From: Octopus sinensis
Lineage: Eukaryota
Assembly: GCF_006345805.1 (NCBI RefSeq)
Contig: NC_042997.1
Coordinates: forward strand, 182,838,001-182,902,000
DNA: 64,000 nucleotides
Direction of reading: 5' to 3'
Of the stretch, positions 45,662-58,400 are shown in pieces. Both the position numbers and the translations under genes were made by a program. The notes under the pieces are model-generated. The model saw nothing but the letters and a program-made list of their open reading frames with translations. It was not told the origin of the DNA and did no database searches. Within the stretch, counting starts at the first letter, position 1, and each line of letters begins with the position of its first letter.

Positions 45662-47501
45662 TATATTAAATTTAATCATCTATTTTAATTTTAGCATTGT
45701 ATAGCTCAAAATATGATTTATTCTTTCTTGAACATACCGCAATTCATTTTTATTCATCATATTTCATCAACGTATCTACAAAATGTTTATTACAAGATAT
45801 TTATCCCTACAACTATCTCACTTTATATTTTAAAGATTCTCTCCTGTTCATATTTCATATTTGCCTCTCCAAGACAACTGCTCAGTGACTTTAGATTTTT
45901 AAAGAACCTTTAAAATAAACTAAAAGTCAATGTAACTTTAAAAATCAACAAACTGACAGCTGCTCCTCCTCCAAAATCATATTCTATGTCAAAATATGAG
46001 ATGATCATGATTGAAAAAACTTTTAATGTGGTTATGTTTGATCAAGGCTGGCATGGAGCTAAGCAACAAAATCTAAGTAAAAATAGCTTGATCACCCGTT
46101 TAGTTTGCTCCCACATTCTAGTTTCTTCAACCTCCCAGAGAAGTTTGGCAAAGTAAAACAGGATCACTTTCCGACCCTGAAGGAGTTTTGTGAGAAGGCT
46201 CTCTAAATTCAAGGGAGCTATGAGGTTGACTATTTTTTCAGAAATGGGCTCACCAAAGTCCAGACAGATGTACTGGCTAAACACCCTCTCCTGTCTCTTA
46301 TAGACTCCTTACTCTATATACTTCCATCCAAATCCCTTTTTCTTTTTCATTTCCTTTATGTTGATATATTCCTTTTCCTGCATAACCACTTACCTTACCA
46401 AACATACAGCTCTCCCCATCCAACAAAATGCAACATAATCCTACATATAAAGCCAAACATAATTTCTTCACTCTAGAAGAGCTTACTAAGTCTATTAGCA
46501 TTGACCCATACACAAACATATATGCACTAAATACTCAGTTAAGACAGTGTATGTTCCTGCAGCTTGATCAATGGAATTACATAGCCACTGACTTTTATTA
46601 CTATTTCATGGCTAAATCTATCTGATCCCAGGCAGACTCAGCTTGAATCAATGTTACAGTCCATCTGACAGCATCCCACAAATTTAACCCAATTTTCCCC
46701 TCAAAAAGCTTGGATTGATCCAAGGACGTTAAAAGATAAGACACTTGCCAAAAGCGACCATGCAGTGAGAGTGTATTTGGAACCTTTTGATTATGAAGTA
46801 AACAACCATTTAAACATGCCTGCACTCATATCAACACACACACACTCCTCAGTAGAAAGTTTGTAGTGTTATTGCTTTCTCCTATATTCAATCTGCTACA
46901 ATATTTCACCTACTATTACTATTACATGGGTTATCCCCAATTATTAAGGTTATTCTGCCATACAGCCTCCTTATAATTTATTGTAATATGAATATGGATG
47001 AACAAGTACCATTATAATTTCTCAGACTACTGACTTCATGTTTAAAAAATGAAGGTTTTTAATATTTACATGTAGCCTATATTTCCATCTCAGGTCATCA
47101 TGTCTCATTCCTGGATATGTGCATGACACTAGACTGGATTTAAACTTGGGAGCTTTATTTCATCAGTGGATAAAAATAGTAGAAATGCTCTTATCCACTA
47201 AGTCACTGACAAATGAAAACACATGATGATGATTGGAGATCAAACTTAGATTCAGATTCTTCCATACTGAGAGACATAAAAAACAGCAAGCTTCCTCCAG
47301 TATAGTTTGTCTGCCACAGTTCTTTCTACTCCTATCCAACACAGTCCTCATACTTTTGAAGTCTTCTAGGAGCGTCCAACATCAAGTGTTCTTGAGTTGG
47401 CCCTTTTCATCTTTAAAGATGAACTTAATGTTTATAAAACTGGTTGGTTGTCCCTTTTTGACCAATTCTGCTTCAATCACAAGCAGTTTTAATCATTCTA
47501 A

Positions 47502-47787
47502 CACGCTAAGAGTTGCTGAAGCATGGAACAAACTGCTGGCATCAGTTGTTAGTTGTCGGAGCACTGCATCCTTCAAAACTTCCATGCTTCCTGAGATTCG
47601 CCAACACTACACCTGATTTTCTCCCCTCCATACACACGCAAGCATGTATCTGACTCATTCACTGTTCACTTTCCAGACATTTGTACATTATAGCATATGC
47701 TTTATACACACTTTTGACAAGTTGTGGTGCACCTGGGCACTGTATATGATAATTTCTTTATTATCATTATTATTATTATTATTATTC
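47502..47787 (+). mobile_element. CR1-type LINE 3' end
   Basis: [36 protein letters not shown], then UTR and (att)n. Confidence 0.82.
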
Positions 47788-49275
47788 ATGAGCAGACTGG
47801 ATAGTAAAAAGACAATAAGCTTCAATTATCAGAAGAACAAATCTGTATAGTCAAATCAGAGTAGTAGTAGTAGCAGCAGAAGAACTTAACCCGTTACAAA
47901 TAACAACCAAATCTCCTTCAAAGCACAATCTACTGTCATAAAAAAAGAACAAAAAGACACACCAATTAATCCATTTGATTAAGAATGATCTGGAACTAAA
48001 CAACAATGGTTGCACAATCTCTGGTCATATTTGGAATATTGAACATAAAAGCTACCCCTCAAACATTTCAATCAGCAAGCAGTATTCGTTAATTTTGCTA
48101 AACCAGAACTAAATGAGAACACTCAACAATACAGATATACTTGACCAGTGACAAACAAAACTATTAACCCACATCAAAACCCTTCCTTAAACTGACTAGA
48201 AATTGTTGGACACCTGAAAATGCATCATGATATTTGACATTCCCCACTAGAGAATTTTTTCCACTAGCAATTTATAGCCAAAATAGCAGTTTATAACCAA
48301 ATATGTTATTTCAAAAATGGTTTATAAGCAAACAAATATTCTGCAGATTTCCTAGCTGAAAACCAAAATGAGGAGAAAGAGAGAGGTCCTAACTATTACT
48401 TAGAAATAGTAGGAAGGACACTTCAAATTTATCTTCAACCTGTTAATTTTTATAAACAGGTTGAAAATTAATTCAAAGTTTAATCATCATTGTAGGCATC
48501 TGAAGTATAAAAATAGCTTTTATTTTTTAAAGTATTTGACATCAGTAATAGATCAGTTTAAGTTTGACAGTGGCAAACTTTCAGTTGACCAGTTACATTT
48601 CATGGGTTTTTTTCTAATTTTTGTATATTAAAAAAAGTATAGTTTTCTTGATGATGTTCAACTCTTGCACTTTAGAGCAAATATTTTATTGGCATAGAAA
48701 GATTAAAAGTTAGGAAACATTTGAATTCGAATGAGCATCATTTTAAGAAGTTATCAAAGGTACAAGATCAAAATAATATTTCATAAAAGAAGAAGCAAAA
48801 TTCAGCTTGAACTTAAAATTCCCTTTAGCTAGTCCTTTTCCATGAGGTAACCATGCTAATTTGTTAGACAAGTTCTCTCCTCTAAATGGCAGGCACAGAA
48901 ATGTTATATATTTGAACAAAACAGTAAAAATGTTTAAGAAACTAAACTTTTATGAAGTGCTGGAAAAAACAATTTAAAATTGCAATTGAATTATTTTCTT
49001 GATTACGTTTTATTTTGATTGTCTTGTTTTTGTTATCTTTTGTTGTTTTTTTTTAAAACTAAAATATAATCTTTTCGTGATAAAGAAGCTCTTAGAAAAT
49101 CCAGTAAAATTACTTTTTTATTATGTAATTATGCAATTCGATTTCTTATGTTTGTGTATAAAAGGAAGCCATGTTAATTAACATGTCTTTTCATTCAGCA
49201 GACAAGCCAGGTCTAATAATGAAAGCAAACTAGAGAAGGCACTTGCAGTTTCATAATTTACTTAAATTTTTCATG

Positions 49276-49369
49276 TTAATCATCAAAAGGAATGTTGATG
49301 CAATGCTGAAAATCAAATGGTTGGAAAGTGTATCCGTTTCCAGAATAAAATTTATTCTGAAACTCAACC
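49276..49369 (-). CDS. ATP6V0A: V0 a terminal coding exon ([30 protein letters not shown])
   Basis: cttttag| acceptor, phase 2; [15 protein letters not shown] motif; TAA at 49278-49276. Confidence 0.96.
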
Positions 49370-52300
49370 CTAAAAGAGAAAAAGAAAAATTATCATAAAT
49401 TTCATCATTTAATCTCATTCTTTTCATATAAAAACAAAATATTTTATATAATTCACTTTAGCTAAACTTGAAATCTAATTTCAATTACTCAGACATCAAA
49501 ATTTCTTTGGTTTCCCCTTGTGCTCAGCTCAAAATAACTGACAAAGGCTCATAATATTTACATATAATTTTTTTTATACATTGTTTTAGCATATGACCTA
49601 AAATAATGTGTTTTAGGCGACAAATTGGCTGAGTGATTAGAACATCAGACAAAATGTTGCATCATATTCTGACTTCTTGCATTCTGAGTTCAAATCTCAA
49701 TGTGATCAACTTTCTAGGATCAACAAAGTACCAGTCTATAACAGTGGACTGGTGGAATTGTTAGAGCATCACATGGGGTATCTTCCAATATTTGTTCAGC
49801 GCCTTTGCATTCTAAATTCAAAATTCACCACAGCATACATGATAGACTTAATCCACAGCCCAGTTTAACACCACTACCTGATCCTGCTTGGGTGCCTTTA
49901 GTGAAGCCTACTTTTTTGCAAGCATCAGGCTAGATCTTAACTAGTTTGAAAATACCTTCCTTTCTCCTGTCAGTCTAAGAGTTCCTAAGAGTAAGGGAGC
50001 AGGAGCATTGCTCTTTCCTCCTGACTAAGCAATAAGGGAAAAAAAAAGCAGCTCATGACTTTTATAACAAACATATGTTCCTTCAGTGAGTGACTATGTA
50101 TGTACACAAGCACACATGCAAGAATTAATACTTAATTGCAATAGCTTCAGAAACAAAACCAACATTGATACCTACATCATCGGGTTATATAATACTTACC
50201 AGTGTAACCTAAGAGCATGGAGGAAAGCTGAAAGACCTTCCATAACAAGTAATATAGCTATGGTGAGAATTGCCCAAAAAAAGAACACAGCAAAGATGAT
50301 AATACAACCAATATATCCAACATTCATTGAAAGACCAATTCTCATCACCATGTTCCATAATACTTCAGATAACTCTGAAAGAATAAAGACATCAGGATTA
50401 TTAGTATATAAGACATAGCAGCAAGGTTAAAGTAATACAAATTACAAGGTTATTGTAACACAAACACCAGTAAGACAATCAAAGTAATACATTCATTTAC
50501 TTGAAACATTTACTCTTACACCAATGACAGTAAAAAAATAGTATTTAAGATATCACTACTAAACATTTAAAGTGAGAAAAATTGCATGACACATATGAAT
50601 CAATGAATTCTATACACAAAGGCTTGCACTATTCAAAATATTAACTGATATATAACCTAAGAGAGAGAGAGAGAACATGGGCAGTTCATAACAGCACTGA
50701 AGATGAATGCGACAACTAAACAAATTCATGGTTCTTCAACTTTTGCACATTTTTTTGTTTAACCCTTTAGCATTTAAACCGGCCATATCCAGCCAAAAGT
50801 ATTCTGCCTGTTTTATGTTCAAACTGGCCAGATCTGGTCTCTCAGACCAACCCTACAATATTGTTTTAAAAATTAACAGCTACCTCATCAAAATCTCATA
50901 GCTACAAGATAATGCATGATTAGTTCAAAACAATGTGGATGAAGAAGCATTAATTTTGGCAGAATAATGCGAACTCTAAAGGGTTAAGGACTGTAATCCC
51001 AACATTGTTTTAGAATAGGGTTAGAAATCCTGAGAGGTGAAAGGTTTTAGGTACCTTGTTAAAAGTTTCAGGAACTATTTACTAACATAGAGATACAAAG
51101 TTTCATTCTTTTCACTCTTTAAGACACTTGCTCCTACTCTTCAAAATAGAATTATTCACTTGTTTTATTTGTCTAATTTTAATTACATTCTGCTTAATAT
51201 TAACTACTACAGGTGAGAGTTGGTGACAGGAAGAGCCTCTGGCCATAAAACATCTGCTATAATAAATTCCATCTGACTCAAGCAAGCATGGAAAAGTGGA
51301 TATTAAAATGGTGATGACTGTAATAAATTTAAAACAAATTAGCATGCACACATACAGATATACACCCTTCTATCCTAGACTATCTGAGGATACACACAAA
51401 CACACATTAAAATATAAATGGCCAAGTGGCAAGAACAATGAACAACCTGTGAAGAGGTTGATGGTTTAAATCTATTTGTTGGCTTTGTATTATGTCAGTG
51501 GCCAAGACACTTAACACCTAATTAGCTGTAAATAAGTATTGTTCAACAGGATCAGATTGCTGCTCCATACAGCAGCAGTATTTAAAACTGACGAGTGGTT
51601 TGTTAGCTTGCATTATAAGATTCAACTCCTAAGAAAAGCAAAGAAACATCACACCAGCATAATACTTCTTATAATGACAATGTGAAAACAAGGGCATGGC
51701 CACAACTAATAGGGTTAAGAAACTGATAACACATACACACAAAAACGGAATTTGAACAGAAATTTATATTTACCTGCATGAGCCAAACTTAAAGCCCAGA
51801 GTCGAAGATATGATGCAGTATTTGAAATACAGCCTAAACAGTACTCAATTGTGTGTATACATTGATGTACAAATATATCACCAAAATTGAACTGCAAAAG
51901 AAATAGAGTCACAATTTCAGAATGCCTGTCATGCAAGACAATATAAATAATATGGTAGTTCATGAAGGAGTCATACCCAATGACTGGTGTTGCAGCACCA
52001 TAGTCAACTGCTACAAGGGGAAAGGTGATGCTTTAGATAGAAATAACTACAGGAGTATCAAATTATTGGATCGGGTGATGAAAGTTAGAGAGAGAGAGTC
52101 ATAGTCCAACTAATTAGGGAGAGATTCAGAGCTCACCTGAGGTTAAATAATAACAAGGTTATTCTGAAATTTATATTCTATGTTTCTTCTCTAAAACAAA
52201 CAAATCAAACTGAACATTATATGAACGTTTATTACTTAAATATTCTTAAACCCCAACCAAGGAAATTTTTTTAAATTATATATGCTGACTGACCCTCTCT

Positions 52301-52389
52301 AAGAGACAGTAAAATATATAAAAACTCAAAGGAAAGGTGATTCAAATAACAATTTAAATTAAAATAAGTTGTTTCATAAATTTTATACA

Positions 52390-52428
<39 letters not shown>

Positions 52429-55400
52429 GTGTGTGTATGTATGTATAAATAAATAAATACAAACCTCAGGAAGTTCACTCTTTGAATGTAGTGACTCAGA
52501 AGAGACTTCTACTTGTTCATCAACATTTATAACATAGTTGGCTGCAACATCATCCTGAAATAACAAAATCACAATGATTTAGTCATATAAAGAGGAGGGC
52601 TTGAATTGATAAATGCATTTAAGATTTATGGTTATGTGAGTGAGTGTGGGTGTATAGTGTGGAGGATGTAATTTGATGAATGTAATGTATATATATATAT
52701 ATGCATGCTATGCATATGTTGTGTGGTGCATGTTATGTGGTACATGTATGCAGGTCATGTATGTGTGTAATGTATGTATGTAATGTACGTCGTGCGTGTA
52801 TGTCGCGTAATGCATGTCATGTATGTTGTGTAATGCATGTTGTGTATGTCATGTATGTAATGTATGCTGTGTATGTAATGTATGCTGTGTATGTCATGTA
52901 TGTTATGTATGCAATGTATGTTATGTATGCAATGTATGTTATGTATGCAATGTATGTTATGTATGTAATGTATGCTGTGTATGCAATGTATGAAATGTAT
53001 GTTATCTATGTTATATACGTTTGTAATATGTGTGTGTGCATGAATGCATGCTCCCCTCCCCCTTCTCTTGACATCTCACAATGGTTGTAAACAAATATCA
53101 CCATCATGTAAGTGATATCATTCATTTCCAGTCTTATCTGAAAAACATGTCCAACCATGGATAAATATTACCTTGCTTGCAAACAGGCAAGGGATGGCAA
53201 CAAGAAGGGCATCCAGGTGTAGAAAATTCAAATTCCATCTGACTCATACAAGCATGAAAATATAGATGTTAAAATGATGATCACAATCATGATTGTAATT
53301 GCATTTATCTGTGTGTGTGTGTGTCTCTCTCTCTCATTAGAAACTCAAAGCCATTGATGTTTACAAATTACAGCATGAAATATAACATATATAGACCAAA
53401 TTACTATCAATTAATATGAAAATATATACAGATAATTTCCAAAATTTAATTACATACATCACAGTTCACGAGACCGCGTTGTGAAGAGGCACTTGGTAGT
53501 TGACTTCTCTGGAATAAAATTAAAAAGAAAAATTATATTTGCAGAAATCCAAAAGTATTTCAGATATTAAAAAAATACACCACTGCTCATCTTAGTTATT
53601 TAATATTTTTTATCAATGTTTCTCACTATTAAGCTCATTTTTAGAGATGAGGCATGGCTGTGTGATTAACAAGTTCACTTCACAACCATGTGGTCTAGGG
53701 TTCAATCTCACTGTATGGCATCTTGGACATCTTCAATAATAGCCTCAAGCCAACCAAGGTTTTGTGAGTGTAACTGGTAGATAGAAACTGTGTGGAAACC
53801 TGTCATGGTCGTGTGTGTACATATATGTCTCATTCTTTCTACTTAACATCTGTTTCTCCATGCTAAACTGAGGCCAAATTTTTATACAGAAAATGTCCTT
53901 TGAAGCTGCAGCTCAGTATAGTCATAAACATGCTCATCTAGGTTTTTAACACCATTTGAAAATGAAAAAAAGCAGTCTGTGTGTGAACGTCTCATAACAG
54001 CCATGTAATAATATAAATCTCTAAAACAGATACCAGACTTGAGGTAAGTACTGACATCAATATGAAGAATTAAAACCCTTCACATTAATGCCCCAATGTA
54101 GCTACAGTTTAATGACTGAAACAAAAGAACAAAATAAAAGTAGAGGAGGTTAAGAGCCAAAAAAATTATAGTCTTATAAATAATCTTAATAACTAATAGT
54201 TATTAATCTTCATAATTATTATCATCTAAATATTCCAGTTTGTCAATTTATTTTACCCATTTTCCTTTATGAAAAAGCATAGATGGGTTTATTGTACATC
54301 ATACATTTTGAGAGCATTAGCATCATTGGTTATAGATATCCAACAAGCCGATCTTGGTTCACTGCAAATATGACGGCAAGAGTGACAAAAAAACTGCGTG
54401 TTACATGAATGGAATGGTACTGCACAGTGGAGTTGAAACTGGAAGTATGTGGTTGCGAAGCAAACTTCTTCACAACACAGTCATGCCTATGACCATATGG
54501 ATTGGCAGATTACTATTTTCTCTTTCTCTTTTACTTGTTTCAGTCATTTGACTATAGCCATGTTGGAGCACCGCCTTTAGTCGAGCAAATCGACCCCAGG
54601 ACTTATTCTTTGTAAGCCTAGTACTTATTCTATCACTCACTTTTGCCGAACCGCTAAGTTACGGGGATGTAAACACACCAGCATCGGTTGTCAAGCAATA
54701 TTGGGGGGACAAACACAGACACACAAACATATATAGACACATACATGTATATATATATACAACGGGCTTCTTTCAGTTTCCATCTACTAAATCCACTCAC
54801 AAGGCTTTGGTCGGCCCAAGGCTATAGTAGAAGACACTTGCCCAAGGTGCCACGCAGTGGGACTGAACCCGGAACCATGTGGTTCGTAAGCAAGCTACTT
54901 ACCACACATCCACTCCTACACCTACGTTATGTTCATTGTGAAGACACTAAGTTCTCAATGGCAGAGATCATCTTGCTATAAATACCACAGTGGTATAATT
55001 CACCAACTGTAAGCATCATCGATATTGCAGAATTGAAGATTGTTTTATAGGTTTGCAGTACTGTATCAAAGTGTATCAGCTATAGAGTCTGTTGTATGTG
55101 TCTTACCAGTAGTGCTATATTGTATACACAGCTAAAACACTTAACATTTACTGGTTCAGTCAAGTGAGTTATAAATAAATACTATGAGAGGGTGAAGTTC
55201 ACCATTGTAATTGGTAAGTGCTTTCTTATCTTGATGTACTAAATTCAAGTTCTTTTGTAGTTTGGAGATGGTGAGGATCTGCCATGTTGACATCATTCTT
55301 ACATGCAAAAAGAGTCTTTGAGCAGAGTCTCTTCATCACCACCACTACACAACCAACTGATTTCAAACAAAAATAATTTTATACTAAGAATATTCTTTAA

Positions 55401-58400
55401 AGCATACCTTCACTGCAGCTTGATGTCTAAACCATAATATAAATGGCTTTATCAATAACATCCATGGAACACATATGAATGCAAGTATCACCAAAATGGT
55501 CTGTATATTTGTCTAAAATGAAATAGAAAAATAGAATAACATGTAAATAATCGGTAATATGAACAATAAAACAATGATGAAACTGTACAAAAAATTGCTT
55601 CATATGAAAAAAAAAAAATTAATCTATAGAAATATGCATGTATATACATATAAATAAACAGTCTTGTGTGCGCTGACATGCACATACCCAAAATGAATAA
55701 CACGTAGTCACATTCAACTTCTGATAACTTTTCCTCATTACACAAAACCTAGATTTTAAAAAATGGATTTTCTAATTTTAATTTTCTTTTTAAATAACTG
55801 TATTTATGTCATGCTCTTTTGTGAGAAACTTCAATTTTCAGAAAAATCAAAAGTGCAATTAATGACATGAGGTTACAAAAACTTGTGCAGAAAATTTTTT
55901 GTTATCACAACTAGCAACTATTAAAAATAACACATATTGTATATGTTGAGCACAGCCATTATACAATATATTACATTATTTTACATTGAATATGAACCAA
56001 GCCATGGAAAGTTATTCTAGGTTTGGTCATTTAAGCTTGCTGACTGGCAGCAAAACATGCTGGGAAGGTGTGGGTGAGTAGTAGACAATAAGGAGTTAAA
56101 GATAATTGGCAGAAATGATGGTAGGAGAGGGTTGATAACAAAATTTGAAAGAAACAAGTAGAAAGAGAAAGAGAGAAGCTCAGGAGAGGAAAGAAAGAAA
56201 AGAAAATGGATGATAATGATATATAGAAAATGTTTGTTACAAGCAAGTTGACTATAAGTAACAGCTAAATCTATCTTAAAAATGGAATGACACATTACTC
56301 TTTTACTTGTTTCAGTCATTTGACTGTGGCCATGCAGGAGCACTGCCTTTAGTCGAGCAAATCGACGCCAAGACTTATTCTTTGTAAGCCTAGTACTTAT
56401 TCTAACGGTCTCTTTTGCCGAACCATTAAGTTACAGGGACATAAACACACCAGCATCGGTTGTCAAGCGATATTGGGGAAACAAACACAGACACACAAAC
56501 ATATATATACACATATATACGACGGGCTTCTTTCAGTTTCCGTCTACCAAATCCAAACACAAGGCTTTGGTCGGCCCAAGGCTATAGTAGAAGACACTTG
56601 CCCAAGGTGCCACGCAGTGGGACTGAACCCAGAACCATGTGATTGGTAAGCAAGCTACTTACCACACAGCCACTCCTACACCATTAGATAATATAATCCT
56701 AGATATATTATTCTTGATACAATGAATATTCTACAGCTGGAATATTCTTGATTATAAGTCTGCTTAATCAGGGCTAACCTAGAGCTAAACAATGATTAGG
56801 CTGACATTGCATAGCCAAGAACATTTCAAAATTCTTACATAACACTAAATAAATATGGCTGGGTGTATAATCCACCTTACTCTACCTATAAAATCAAAAC
56901 GTGATTCCTTGATTTACAATTCAAAGTTCAATTCCTCCCACTTGCACATCTACCCAAAAGCAATTTTTGTTTTATTTACTTTACAAAAAAAAAAAAAAAA
57001 CGAAATAAGAAGCAGTCGAGTGGAGCAGAGACATGCATGAAAGGACAGACGAGTTCTATATGATATACACTTACTTGATGGTTATATAATTCACTGGATT
57101 TGGATTCAAATAGAAACATACTGATGAGCTCTGAAAAAAAAAAAATTTCAAAATCAAGATTGTCCTTTTACATTCTCTTTCCACACACACACACATTTTC
57201 TTCCTAATTATAGAAATTGCATCTGTCAAACTCCATCTGTCTAACACCCGTGGACATGTTTACAAAATCAGAAAACAGCACAGCTCCCATGACTTTCAGA
57301 AACATTTTTTCACGCTAAGGGTTGCTGAAGCATGGAACAAACTGCTGGCATCAATTGTTAGTTGTCAGAGCACTGCATCCTTCAAAACTTCCATGCTTCC
57401 TGAGATTCACCAACACTACACCTGATTTTCTCCACTCCATACACACGCAAGCATGTATCTGACTCATACACTGTTTGCTTTCCAAACATTTGTACATTAC
57501 TACATATGCTTTATATGCACTTTTAACAAGTTGTGGTGCACCTGAGCACTGTATACAATAATTTCATTATTATTATATTGTATTATTATTACTGGTATTT
57601 ATTTTATATAGTTCATTTACTCTGTGAAAAGTTAAGACCCCATATCAATCAGGTTCCTTCTTTACTTGCACCTGTCTGTGAGTCTTAACACCAAAAGTCA
57701 ATTTTAAATTTTTGTTCATATCCTTCTCAAACAGTTTATATCATCTGTTAACATTTTCACCTGTAATAATTGCAACACTAGAAAATACTCAAATCATTTT
57801 CATGACACACTTCAGTAAGTAAGACCTTGAAAATAAATAGCAAAACAAAAGTAAATTCAAGGACTGTAATATATCAAACATGTCATCTATTTAGAATGGA
57901 AGAAAACTGAATCTCTAGGCAAAGATTTTATAAGTTAAGCTAGATTATACAAATAGTAACCAAAGGAAATATTTTAAAACAATCACTGAAATGAGCTTTG
58001 AAATTTGCTTTGATAATTAAGTATATAATTTACCATCAGTCATTTGTTTCATGTCCATTTTCCCATGCAGGTATGAATTAGATGGATTACTTATTTGAGA
58101 CAGTATTTTATAGTCAGGTGGCCTTCCTGTCACCAGTTAACAGTTTTTCAAGTGAGGGATATGTTATGCTACTGGCCTTCAAAAGCACTGAACTACAGGG
58201 AATGTAAATATGATAAAACTTTTTTTGCTCAACTGATTGTTGGGTCTTTGCAGTGACAGCATATCTCCAGAGATCTTGGCAATGACGAAAGACCAAGATC
58301 TCTGGAGATGTGCTGTGACTGCGAAGACCCAACAAATAACGCGAGTTCATGGCTGATTCCTGCACCAGCTTCACATAGCAGCCCCAGCTCATCCAAAGTA

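Noticed and set aside
50086-50418. 110-aa plus-strand ORF
   Set aside because: Antisense shadow of the V0 a exon 50200-50374.
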